Source of the DNA: Octopus bimaculoides
Taxonomy: Eukaryota
NCBI RefSeq assembly: GCF_001194135.2
Contig: NC_068990.1
Coordinates: 88,561,313-88,625,312, forward strand
Length of the DNA: 64,000 bases
Direction of reading: 5' to 3'
How positions within the stretch are numbered: the first letter of the stretch is position 1; each line of letters starts with the position of its first letter. The translations under genes were made by a program, and so were the position numbers. The notes beneath the pieces were generated by a model, which had not been told where the DNA came from, made no database searches, and was given only the letters and a program-made list of their open reading frames with translations. This document shows, one piece after another, positions 28,501-42,100 of this stretch.

Positions 28501-31500
28501 GTGCTTGAGTGGGTAGATGTATATGAAATATATTTCTTGTTTTCTATTTTGTTTCAGTAGATGAAGAGCCTGTAATGCTGAAAAAGGTTAGCATACCAAG
28601 TAACGCTATTTCAGGACGGCTTAAGGATAAGACCTTAAAGGAGTGTGATAAGGCTTGTCAACAATATATAAGATGTAACACTTATCAGTACAATGCTAAA
28701 TCTAAGGTGTGTGATCTGAGTAATGTGACTCAGTTGAATGATGAACTTAAACCCAACGATGGAGATTGGGATATATACATAGTTAACCCAGGTCAGTAGA
28801 GTGTTTCTATTTCATTTATTGTGTGCATACCTGTATGTATTTACATATACATGTATGTGTGTACGTGTGCATATACATATATACATATCTATCTCTCTAT
28901 TTATCTAAATATGTATATACATACACTTATATGTATGTATATAGATATATATATATATATAAGAAAAACCATTTTGTAATTGAATATACTGATGCTATAT
29001 CATCATCATCATCGTTTAATCTAGGAGCTCCAACAAAACCTGTGATAAAGAGAAATAATAATAGTAGAAAGAGGATGCAGAGTATATGGATGGGAAAGCA
29101 TGGCTCAGATATTAAGGAACAGATGTGTGGCAGCAGAAATGAAAGTCTCACATATTGTGAGAGTGTAGTAGGCTGGCCCAAAAGCACTACAAATGGAGGC
29201 ACAGTAATGTGGCTATATTCTTCTATTGGAGGCTATGTGAAAAGTACAGCCTGAACAGAACACGGAAATGATATGGACATGAACCAGAAGGAGTGACTGA
29301 GAACAAGGAGCATAAGATACTGTGGGATTTTACATTCTGAGAAGTAAAGCAATAATAATGATGATAATAATAATAATAATAATGATAAAGGTGAAAGCCT
29401 TTTGAGTGGCAGGTGTCCTGTGGTTGAGCAGCGGAGGCCTGGTCATTATCCAGAGACTGCTTATATATGAAGTCAGAGGCAGAGAAGAAGATGGGATGAA
29501 AAGGTAAACCAAACTGTTATTGAATGCTGAATCAGAAGTGAACCCAGTAGAAGGGGGATTCCAACAATGCATGAAAGCAAAATGAAGTAGGACTCTTCAA
29601 GATAAGTGAGCAATGTTTAGCCTACCACACAAGTGCAATAAGAACAAAAGTGTGGTTAACAGACATGGAAATTCAAGAGGTAAAAAGGAAAGTAGAAATA
29701 GTAATAATACTTCACCGGCAGATAACATGCCCAATGAGGACAGAGAAATGAATGGCATTAGTGAAGACATAGAGCAAAGTGTAAATATAAATGCACTCTC
29801 AGCAAATGAAGCAGAAGTAATGGGAAGAGCTATATCACAAGAATACGATGATGAGCAACAAGACATTTTGAGGATGATGTGCCGATATATTAGAGAAGGC
29901 CAGGATCAAGCAACCCCCAAACTGAGGTATATTGATCAACACAAACCAGTAGCTGAAGCCAAAAGGATAGATTCTGAAACTAACAAGATTACTTAAGCTG
30001 CAACTATGGCTGCTGCAGATAGAGTTGGATACAAAAGAAGAGAGCAGACAGAAGGTAAAGAACCGCACTGGCGTAGACAAATTTGTGAGAAAGACAAGAA
30101 AGTTCCTAATGATGCATGAGGCCCATCATTCATGTGCAGACACTGATCACCTACACACAAAGAGAATAAACAGCAGAAGGGGACTGATAAGTGTGGAAGA
30201 CTACATAACTATCGAACTCAAGAGCTTAACGAGATACCTATCCCAAAGTAAGGAAACTTTGTTAGTGTCAGTTAGGAATGAGGATGTATTGAAAGCAGAG
30301 AAAAAAGGGAAAGCAAACGAAGAAGTACAAAAAGGACATGAAGATGCAGTATGCAACAAGGGACTACAAAACCAATTCCATGTAGCCACAACTGAAGTTG
30401 CTGGAAACATAGGTGGGATTGGCTGAAGAAAGGGACACCAAAAAAAAGTATGGATTATCTGGTTTTCTAAATCTATCACAGCCCAATTTTGTTAGCCTAG
30501 TTTCATTTTCTTCATGGAGCTTACAAGATATTTCACCAGGCTCCTTAACCATTTCCTTTCATGTGATATATGTATGTCTGTATGTGTGTGCAGATGTCTT
30601 CAGTTTGTTATACAATCAATATCTTTTATTCTAGATTTGTCCTTATCTCCTCATTCTCCCCCTCCTCCTCCTGACATAGATTCACCGTTGATATCAGTTT
30701 TTATTATCACTTTCAGTTATTACAAAAATTAACTGTGGACCTCCAAAAGATGTTGTTGGTGCAAAGAAGTCCTACACTGACACCACCTATAAATCTGAAG
30801 TGACCTACACATGTCCAGGAGGACAACAGTTGAAGTCAAAGTGTAAAGATGACAATAAATGGACTCCAGTTGCATCCAATTGTAAAGGTAATGTAAATAG
30901 GTTCTCTTTTGCTGTCTCTGTCTAGGTATTTTTGCTTAATTCTTTTATTAAATATCTTTATTAGAAGAAGAATAACTGAATCCATGACAATTTCCATGGT
31001 ATTTGTGGCTGGTTGAAGTGAGAGAGAAAGTTATCCTCAGAGAAGATAACTTCCTAAATCCATGCAACAGAGTGAACTTAATTAAAGCTATCCAGGGCTC
31101 AGATAATGGTATTAATTTGGGTAATAGATTAAAACTGCCAAACAAGAGCAGCAAGTGAGAAAGTGTGTTGTCTCCAGCAGGCTTCTACATAGTTTCCATC
31201 CACCAAATTCCATTAGTCATGAAGCAGTTTTTTAATTATGCAGCCATAAGTCCAGACAATACCGCATTCTTGTTATTACCTCAGCTAACCAAGGTAGTTT
31301 TTCTCTTAAATTCTAACTTCAGCTTTCTTTCACACTTTGTTTCATCCTCTGAAACACTGCACAACACAATGCACTTAATTTTTCTTTACTAGAATTCAAC
31401 AATCATCCAAAACTTCTGATACTCTAATGGTCATCCATTCCACCATCCTAAATCATAGTGAGATAAATAATAATACTGATTTCTGATGGAAAAAGAGCCA

Positions 31501-34416
31501 ATGCTTTCCTATAGAAAGATGTTAGTATCATTACCTCCAATATTTGACTGCTATTTTGTGTTGTTGACCCACCCCTTACATGAATGAAATGTAAAGCTAA
31601 CACGGGCTGGATTTGGACTGGAAACATGAAGAGCCTGAATGCATAACATAAAGTATCTCTTCTAATACTCTAACTAGTATTCATGGATACGTTTAATATA
31701 AAAATTAGAATGATGATGAACTCCGCTTGAAAGTTGGATCTTTATCTCAAACCAATTGAAAAGCCTGACTAGCAAAGACTACCATGATCAATTAATATTC
31801 GTTGACCTTTAGGTTTTATTCTCTGTGGGACCAATCCACTCTCACATCACTTTCGACAATTTCCCTAGAAGTGAATATCTTCTTCTCCATCCCCATCTTC
31901 TTTATAATCAAGTATAATCTGATGCCTGGTTCAACACTGCCGCATGACCCTTTAGGTGGGCGTGGCAAATGTGGTCAAGAATACATGGTCAATGATAAGG
32001 TGTCTATTACAGATGCAAACATTCACATTGAGCCGAAGATGCTCTGGTTGGACAGGGATGATATGAATCTCACAAGTGTAGGATGGAGGATGCCATCAAC
32101 ACTTTATGGAATTGCTGTTTCTGTCATGATTTGCTACTTAAGAAATAAAAATCCAAGCTCATTTTAATTAATCATGTACTTATTATTTAGGTACATGGCA
32201 AACACAATTAGAGAAAGCTATGAGGTTGTGTGATATTCACATCTTTCTGAAGGGCAATAATTGTCTATGTAAAGTGGACTGACTTAGATTGAGAATCAAA
32301 CCCAGATCATTGATTCACACCACTCAATTCATATTTATATTAAAAGAACAAGTGGGGAAAAATACTCGCATCACTTTCTGCATGGAAAACAAATAGCCGT
32401 GTGTTTATGGAAGTGCATTTACAAGTATGCAAGCTTCTTGTTATTCTTTCTGAAATTTTATTAATGACCTTCTCATTGGTCCACAAAATGTGCACCGATT
32501 TTTTGGAGCATAGTCTGCATCTTTTGGAAAGGGCATTCTGTAGTGGTGCATATCTTATTATGTACCAAGTCAGATTACATTTGATCATATTATCTTTAAT
32601 TTGCCACACAAGTACCAACATCACTGGGATGTCTCTTGGCATGCTAGTAAATGACCATTCACACAATATAGTGGATACAAATTAGCATAACCGTTGACAA
32701 ATTATTAATCACAGTTTACCTAACTGTATGGATGAATAACCACAATCTCCTCATTCTTAGAAACACCCCACCACACAAGTTACCAACACCACTGTGATAA
32801 CTCTTACCCCTTGCATACTGCTTCAAGAGAGATAAAAGCCAACTTGGGCCTGTCAATATATATCGCTATCCAAAAGATGAAAACACAACAAACCTACAAG
32901 TAACTGCACTGGATATCCTAAACCTGGCATTGATATTTTCTACAGGTTATTAGTTGTTTTATTAGCCAGTGAATGTACATTACCAGAAAACTACCAGGTG
33001 TATACCATACAACTTATAAACTACTAACAACATTTATATATAGTTAAGAATTTATTATCACAAATATTGGTAACATCAACAATAATTATAATTATTCTTG
33101 CTAATGATGGATGGAAAGAATCTGTAGAGCATCAGAAAAACTATGTTGGGTATTTTTTCTGGACATATATACTTTTGAGTTCAAATCCAGCTAATGTCAA
33201 CTCTGCCTTTTCAGGCCCATTAAAATAAAAAATAAAAAAAACAGTCAAGTGTAGGAGTCAATTTAATTGATTAACTTCTACCTCAAATTTTTGTCATTTT
33301 TCTATGTTAGAAATCATTGTTATTTACATTTGTCTCAATCTTCCTTTCATTCCAGTTTCTAAGATCTATTTTGTGAAAGTAAAAGGTGCAATTCTGGATA
33401 TACCTGGAAAAACTTTGGGGAGTAAGAAAAATGTAACAGCAGATGTCTGTGCAGAAAAATGTTTGTCTGACAAAAATTGTTTATCATTTGAAATAAAGGG
33501 AGAAAGTGGAAAATGCTATTTATCACAGGAAACTGCAGCTTCCTCCAAGAAAATAAAAGCAGCCAAAACCAAAGATTACTACCAACGAGTAAATGGTAAT
33601 TATTCTTTCTGTTTCTATTTTCTAGTTTTGCTGAAATTTGTGATTCCATTTCTATGTCATAATACATTCTGTTCCAATAGAACATCCACTTTTAAGTGGG
33701 GTTAGATATTATTTCTTAATATATATATATAGAACTGACAAGTTTATCTATAACCACAGACATAGACATGTTCCTAAAATAAGCAACTTTTGGAACTGTA
33801 AATACTATTAGGGCATTCTCGTATTAGAGAGGGAGCACCTTTATTCAATCTTTTATTCAACTTAAATATCTCAATGAACATGACTAGGAACCTTTTATCC
33901 TGTATTAGACACCATTTCTCAGGCACACACACAAGTATCACAAGCTTATGAATGTGCATAGGGTTAAAGTTTGTTACTCTTCCAGCATTGTATGTTACAA
34001 CAGGAAATGCATACACATATCCAGCTTTTATTCAAGATGCCTACTTGTAACTGTCAAAATCCATCAAGCTCTCTGCTGGGAGAACTCTACCTTTTTATGT
34101 CAGTGGTATATAGGGCAACTTTCACTCCAACTGATGGTTTCCCAGTAAATTACATGAGATTTACAGCCAGTGATTTCATGGAAATTTCACTCAGCCTATA
34201 TACTCTTTTAAGTTCATGTACAGGGAAAAGTCCACCTCAGTGTACTGTTTCATTTGGATTCTACCCAGCATAATCTGAAGCTTACTCACCAAATCCTAAT
34301 CTTTTTCTACCAGAACATTTAATTGCAGTCTTTGTCTTTCTAATCCATAGAAGATGAAAAACACATACACAATGTGTACGTATACAAGTGGGGGAGATGA
34401 ATATGTGTATGTATAG

Positions 34417-34449
<33 letters not shown>

Positions 34450-36831
34450 ATTGCATATGCATATATATGTATAGCTATGTAGTTGTGTATATTTTCTCGT
34501 ATGTATCTGTATTGTTTTTGAGACTTTCCAATAAGATTTTAGTCAAAGTTAAAAGCTTGTTCTTCAACAAAATATTTACCTTCAAACATTCCTACTTCTC
34601 AGCCTACATACATGTAAATGTGCATATATACATGCATACTTTCATATGTTTACGTATGTATTAATATGTGTATTCAAAAGAACTATGTAAGGCCAAATTG
34701 ATTCACTGTCGCATGAGTGGATCCTTTAGCCAAAAATGAAAGCACCAATTTGGCAGAAAACTCTTGGCACTTTGCTTGCCTAAATGTTATGTACAATTTG
34801 TACATAAGGTGTCACAACCAATCATTGTAAGTCCAATTTCTTAGGTGACTAATGAACAACCAGCTGGGAAGAAGGGGATGTGGGCTTTTCTTTAAGATTA
34901 AATGGTTTCAACAACACTTGACACATTGGCTAGCCATTTGTTGGTCCGCACTTAGACAATACTAAATTAATCCATTAGAAAAAAGGATATACAAATGATA
35001 CTCAACTTAAATTTTGAAAGAAGATTTCAAATGGTTTGTTAAAACTCACATGAATTCCAAGTTGTCATTTTGCAGATCAATTATTTGTTTATAATAAATT
35101 GTCCATTTAAAACAAATTATGCACCAAATGCTGTATAATATTTAATGTGTTTGGGAGTATAAAATGTTTTTCTTGTTTTCTTTCTTTTCTTTTCTAGCTG
35201 ATGACGATATTTTAAAATTTAAAAGCACTATCATACCAGGAGAAGATATATTTAAACGGCTGAAAAATGTGACCTTAAAGGAGTGTGACCATGCTTGTCA
35301 TCAAACTCCAGGATGTAACTCTTATGAGTATAAGGAACGAGTTATGTTCTGTGATCGAAGTAATGTGACTCACTTGACTCGTGACCTTGAACATAACGAA
35401 GATGGTTGGGATACTTACGTCATTAACCCAGGTCAGTAAAATGTATTCATTTCATTTTATTATGCATGTGCTTGTAACATGTGTTCGCTCCCGTGTAAAA
35501 AAAGAGTTCTGTTACGATGAAGTAGAGAAATTTGAAAAGACAACAAGAAACCGGTTATTTCTCCAAANNNNNNNNNNATATATATACAGCTATATATATG
35601 TGTGTGTGTGTGTGTGTTAAAAAAAAATTTGTATTTATACCTATGTGCAAATTATTTTAGCTTCACCCAATACCTTTCATTCTCCTCATTTTCACCCTCT
35701 TCATAACATACAACTGATATCAATTTCTCTTTTCAATTTCAGCTTATGCAAATATTAAATGTGGACCTCCCAAAGATATTGTTGGTACATTAAAGTCCTA
35801 CAAAACCACTGCCTATAATTCTGAAGTACTCTATACTTGCCCAGATGGAATACAACTAAGGTCAATATGTCAAAAGCACAACAAATGGACTCCAGTAGCA
35901 TCTTCCTGTAAAGGTAACATAAATCCTTTCCTTCCTATTGCCTCTAAGTAATTTTGTTAAGTTTTTCTGTTAAATGCCTTTGTCAAAAGAATACTGGCTG
36001 GCTCCATTACTATTTCCGTGGTGTTCGCAGCTGGTGGGAGGGAGAGAGGAAGTTATCCTCAGACCAGAGATTTCTTCAGAGGCTTGCAATGTAGTGGATT
36101 CCATTAATATTATTCAAGTGCCAGATAATGCTATTAAATATGGTGATAGATTAAGTTTCCTGACAAAGAAATTGAAGGCTAGAAACTTGTCACCAGTTAG
36201 CTTCCAAAAAGTTTCCATCCAGTAATTTTCATCCACAAGGATTTGTTGTGAAGCAGATTTTTAACCACACACACAAAACTCTACCCAATACTTCACTGTT
36301 GTTAAGTAAACTTATTAGCTATACTTCACCTCATCTTGATACATTTTGCTCTTAATTTCTAACGTGATCTTTCTCACCCATATTTTATGTCATCATCCAA
36401 AACTCAGTACAANNNNNNNNNNNNNNNNNNNNNNNNNNNNNNNNNNNNNNNNNNNNNNNNNNNNNNNNNNNNNNNNNNNNNNNNNNNNNNNNNNNNNNNN
36501 NNNNNNNNNNNNNNNNNNNNNNNNNNNNNNNNNNNNNNNNNNNNNNNNNNNNNNNNNNNNNNNNNNNNNNNNNNNNNNNNNNNNNNNNNNNNNNNNNNNN
36601 NNNNNNNNNNNNNNNNNNNNNNNNNNNNNNNNNNNNNNNNNNNNNNNNNNNNNNNNNNNNNNNNNNNNNNNNNNNNNNNNNNNNNNNNNNNNNNNNNNNN
36701 NNNNNNNNNNNNNNNNNNNNNNNNNNNNNNNNNNNNNNNNNNNNNNNNNNNNNNNNNNNNNNNNNNNNNNNNNNNNNNNNNNNNNNNNNNNNNNNNNNNN
36801 NNNNNNNNNNNNNNNNNNNNNNNNNNNNNNN

Positions 36832-36863
<32 letters not shown>

Positions 36864-39139
36864 CATATATTAAGGATTATTTTTATGTTCAATTATAATA
36901 AAAACAGTTTTACATTAATCTGATGGGTTACCCTATACTTTTGTAGGGTACAAATTTATTCTTATACAAAAATGTTGTTGAGCAACATTGAAGTTTCAGC
37001 CAGCCAAGCCTTTGTTTGATGATGGCTTAGCAGGCTGAAACCTCAAAATCACTGTCAACAACACTTTTCTAGAAGAATAATATATATGTATATATATTAA
37101 TATTTTTGAGAAAATGAAATATTGTTTAGAATGTGGAGGAAAAGAATTTTCATTTATATTTACTTACTAGATGAAGATGAAAGTGAAATTATTTTAGTTC
37201 TTCAATGAAAAACATTCTAAAATCAGTGGAGTGATGCCTTGACTAGCCATATTTAGTTACATCCTTTTACATTCTGGGCTCAAATTCTACCAGGGTGTAC
37301 TTTGCTGAGGTTGATTAAACAAGCACTGTTCAGGATCTGTGGCCCTGTGTTTAAGTTAGAAACCATTATCATTAATATTGGAGACTTCAACAATAATTAT
37401 AATTATTCTTGTTATGGGTACTGGATTGACAGAATCATTCAACCGACAGACAAAATATGTTATGGTATTTGTTCTGGCGATATTATGTTTGAGTTCAAAT
37501 CTTGTTGATGTTAACTTTGTCCTTCTTATGTCAATAAAATAAGCTGTCAGTCAAGTGTAGAGGCTAATTTAATTGGCCAGTTCTTACCTAAAAATTTGGC
37601 TTACTTTTTATGTTAGGAATTGCTGCTGTTGCTGTTGTATTTCATTGACCTAAATGTTACTTTACCTTTAGATCCTCTGGTCCAGTTTGTGAAAATAAAA
37701 GATTCAGCTCTGGATGTACCTGAGAAAACCTTGTTGGATAAGAAAGATGTAACAGCAGATGAATGTGCAGAAAAATGTTTGTCTGGCAAAAGTTGTTTAT
37801 CATTTGAAATAAATAAAGAAAATGGAAAATGTTACTTATCAAAGAAATCTGCAGCTACCGCCAAGAAATTAAAGGCAGACAAAGACAAAGATTACTACCA
37901 ACGATTAAAGTGTAATTATTCTTTGTATTTTATTATTGGAATTCTCTTTTCCATTATTTCTGAAATTTGTGATTCCATTTGTACTTTCAAACCATATAGA
38001 CCCCAATTTCTATAAAGACATTGACAGGTTTACCTATGAGGCCAGATATACACACATTCTAGAAATAAGCAATATTAGAAAATATAAATACTGTTAAGAC
38101 ATTCTCACACAACTTTTATTTACCTTGAACAATTTGATGCATATTTTTAATTGTTTTTATATGTAAGAAAGGAAATTCTTGTTGTTTTTCTTCAGCCTCA
38201 GTAGTAGTAGTATTAGTAGTAGTGGTGGTGGTGGCATTAGCAATAACAGTAGCTTTTTCTTCATTTCTCCATGTTAGCATCACTTAGTACTGTTACAACA
38301 CAATGTCTTGGCTCTAGTTTTTGTCCTTCATTATCCAGTATTCAAAATAACAGAAAATGTAATGCCAATTTATGTAGTTGTATATTTCCTAGATTTTCCC
38401 ATGGTTAATGTAGCAAGATACCCTTCCTACCACCAACCATTATACTAAATGAAGTGAGTATAGTTTCCCCATGTGTGTGCAGAGTGATATATTTATTTCT
38501 GTTTAACAAATCAGAGAAATGAAAATGGAGCAACAAACATAAGATCCCACCCTTGGGCAAGGACAAAACACAGATTGACATACACACACACACACTTATG
38601 TATACATATATGTACATCTACAGATCTATCTTCTTAAGCTTAATTAAAATATAGTTTGTTTTTAAAATACAAAAATTAATTATACTTAAATCCAATTTTT
38701 TGCCTTATCTATATTTTTTCAACTTTTTTTATACAATTTTTTTTTTTTTTGCATGGAACCAAAGCTATGAAATTCCTCATGCTTTATTCTATCATTGAAG
38801 CAAAGATAAATATATTTTGCTTTTAAAAGTTATTTAGATCTAAATGTGATTGGTGGCATTACTTACTCTCCTATAATGTTACTACAAATTTTGGTGTAAA
38901 CTTTTTTCTATTGGACCATATCTCAATTTTTTAATGCCAAAATGTAGCTAGGGACCAGTCCTCTTCGAAAATGTTAACAGTTTTCAATTTAGTTAAGAAC
39001 TAAATTAGCGACAAACTCTGGAAGATGCTGCATGTGTGTAAATTGTGGCCTTAAGAATATTTTTCAACTACTACCATAGTTGGATGATCAACTACTACCG
39101 TAGTTGAATGATATACATCCACATATAAATATACCCAGA

Positions 39140-39189
<50 letters not shown>

Positions 39190-42100
39190 NNNNNNNNNNG
39201 TGTAAATATGCACACACACATATATATATGTTGGGTCATCCCATAAATAATATGGTTTTTTTATAATTCTTTTATTTTTCAAAATTAAGATAAAGTTATT
39301 TTTTAATCTAAAATATACTCTCTTTCATTTTTTACAATACTCTTCCATTTTATGATGCTCTTTATCTGATAGACTTGCAATGCTTCTCTTCCAAAATTCA
39401 CCTATTCACGTCGAAAAATACTCCTCCAATACTGTTCTGACCTTGTCTACAGAATTCTTATTTTTCCCATCAAAATGATTTTGAAGGCTGCAGAATAAAT
39501 GATAATCAGACGGGGCAATGTCCAGCAAATATGGTGGCATTATAAAATTATTTTCTTTTATTGTTTAATATGTTTCAGTCATATGACTGTGGCCATGCTG
39601 GAGCACTGCCTTCTAGCCAAAGAAATTGACCCCTGCACTTATTCTTTGTAAGCCTGGTACTTATTCTATTGGTCTCTTCATCTGCAGAGACATAAACAAA
39701 CCAACATTGGGGAGACAAACACAGACACCAAAACAAACACATAAACATATACATATATATACAAAAGGCTCCTTTCAGTTTCTGTCTACCAAATCAACTC
39801 ACAAGGCTCTGGTCTTCCTGAGGCTATAGTAGATGACACTTGCCCAAGGTGCCATGCAGTGGGATTGAACCCAGAATCATGTGGTTGAGAAGTAAGTTTC
39901 TTACCACACAGCCTAAAAAAATCATGTACCACATGCTTTTCAATATTTAATACATGTGTGTGATGCATGTGATGTGTGTTTGTGATTGGTCAATAAATGA
40001 CTATGAAATATATCTCTTGTGTTTTTCTTCCTTTCCAGTTGATGACAAGCCTCTTGTGATGAAAAAAGTTAGCGTACCAAGAAATGCTACTGTAGAAGAG
40101 CTTGAGGATGTGAACTTAAAGGAGTGTAGTGAAGCTTGCAATCAATATCTAAGATGTAACTCTTATCAGTACAATGAGCATGATAAGATATGTGATCTGA
40201 GTAATGTGACTCAGTTGAGTGATGAACTTAAACCCAACAATGGAAGCTGGGACATATACATAGTTAACCCAGGTTAGTAGAATGTTTCCACCTTGTTTGT
40301 TGTGCACATGTCTGTGTGCATTTATATATACATATATGTATGTGTATATGCAAGGCAGATGTTAAAAGATGATGATGATGATGATCCAGGTCAGTAGTGT
40401 GTTCCCATATTATTTATTGTGTGCATATCTGTGTGTATGTATATATACATATATATGTGTGCGTATGCGGAAAACAGACATTAAAAGATGATGATGATGA
40501 TATATATGATGTCTGATCAATAAGTATCCGGACTGGTGCTATAAAAACAAAACTATAATACATACCAATTTTGAATTTAATCTCCTTTAAAGTACTCCCC
40601 CTTTGGAAGCCACACACTTAATCCAGCGCTATTTCCATTGATGGAAGCATTCCTGGAACTCCTTTCCTCTGTTAATCAGCAGTTGCCACGTCACATTCAC
40701 ATGGATTTCCTCAACATCTTGAAATCTTCTTCCTTTCAAGCAAGATTTGAATTTTGTATGAAGTTACTGCCCTCATTAGGAAAAGATTTAAAACACCATT
40801 GCTTTAAAATTTTGAGTTCAGATTTATCAACTGTTAAATCTAAAGCTTTTTCATGCTTATAACAAGAATTTTGGATGTCTATAAAAACTTATTGGATTTA
40901 GTTGGATTGAAATGCAAGCTAAAATTAGGTTACGCTTCACATTTTGCAAAGCAAGTGTCAAACATCCAAGAAATCACAAGCATAATATGAGAGCTTGAAC
41001 TAAATCAAGTTCTGGCCAATGTAACAAATTTATTTTGTCTCTTTCTGCCACATCTGCTTCCTGTGAGAAACCACTTTCTTCATTAAAGCAAGAAGATAAT
41101 TATATGACATGTTCTGAAAGTGAAGAGAAATTCAGTAATTTGGTCTTCATTTCCATGAATAAAAGAACTTCTGAAGATGAAGGAAGAGCGTGGTGCTGAT
41201 ACATTTTAAACCAAAGTGATCGATGAATTTGTCAATAAGAAATGAAGAAGTAAACTCATTTACCAATAAATTTTAAATAGCTCATTATTTTTAGGTTCTC
41301 TTGTTTTCTCAGATTTCTCTTTTAAACAATAATAGTCATCATGGCAATCCCTTTACCAGGGTATTGTTAATAGGGAAACATCAAATCTAGTGGAGAGGAT
41401 ATCAAGCTTGAAGTGTACCCTGTTAGTAGAAGTGCATTTTCACACATTAAGATTAGTTTATACAACATTCAGCCTTTGGTGAGGAGGACAGTAATATACT
41501 CCTGACCCTCTTTTCACCTTGAGAATTGGCCTGCATTATGAACTGCATGCTCTGGTTTCCAAGTCACCCTTCATCACTGGTATGTGTGCGTGTGCATGCA
41601 AATGATTCAGTTTTCTTTAGTCAATAACTTTTACTGCAAATTTGTTACTATCTCCTCATTCTCCTTTTTCCTCCTGTCATAAACTCAAAATTGATATGAA
41701 TTTCTCTCATCACTTCCAGTTGTCACAAAAATTAACTGTGGAGCACCAAAAGATGTTGCTGGTGCATCTAAATCCTATAGTACTACTACCTATAAATCTG
41801 AAGTGATCTATACTTGTCAAGATGGAGAAGAATTAAAGGCAACATGTAAAGAAAACAAGAAATGGGCTCCAGAAGTGTCTTGTAAAGGTAATGTAAATAG
41901 GTTCTCTCTTTTTGGCTGTCTCGGTAATTTTGTTTTAGCCTTGTGTTCAATTTCTATGTCAGAGGAAATCTGATAATGTCCATGAAAATTTTCATTGTTT
42001 GTCACTGCTTGGAGGGTCAGAAATAGTTATCCTCAGACCAGAGACCATCCTAAATGCTTGCAACACAGTTGGCTTCATTAAAGATATTGAAAAACCAAAT

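Noticed and set aside
31802-32167. 121-aa ORF in a GC-richer intronic patch
   Set aside because: No recognisable motif, no paralogue in the other units and no convincing splice sites; probably an unclassified insertion.
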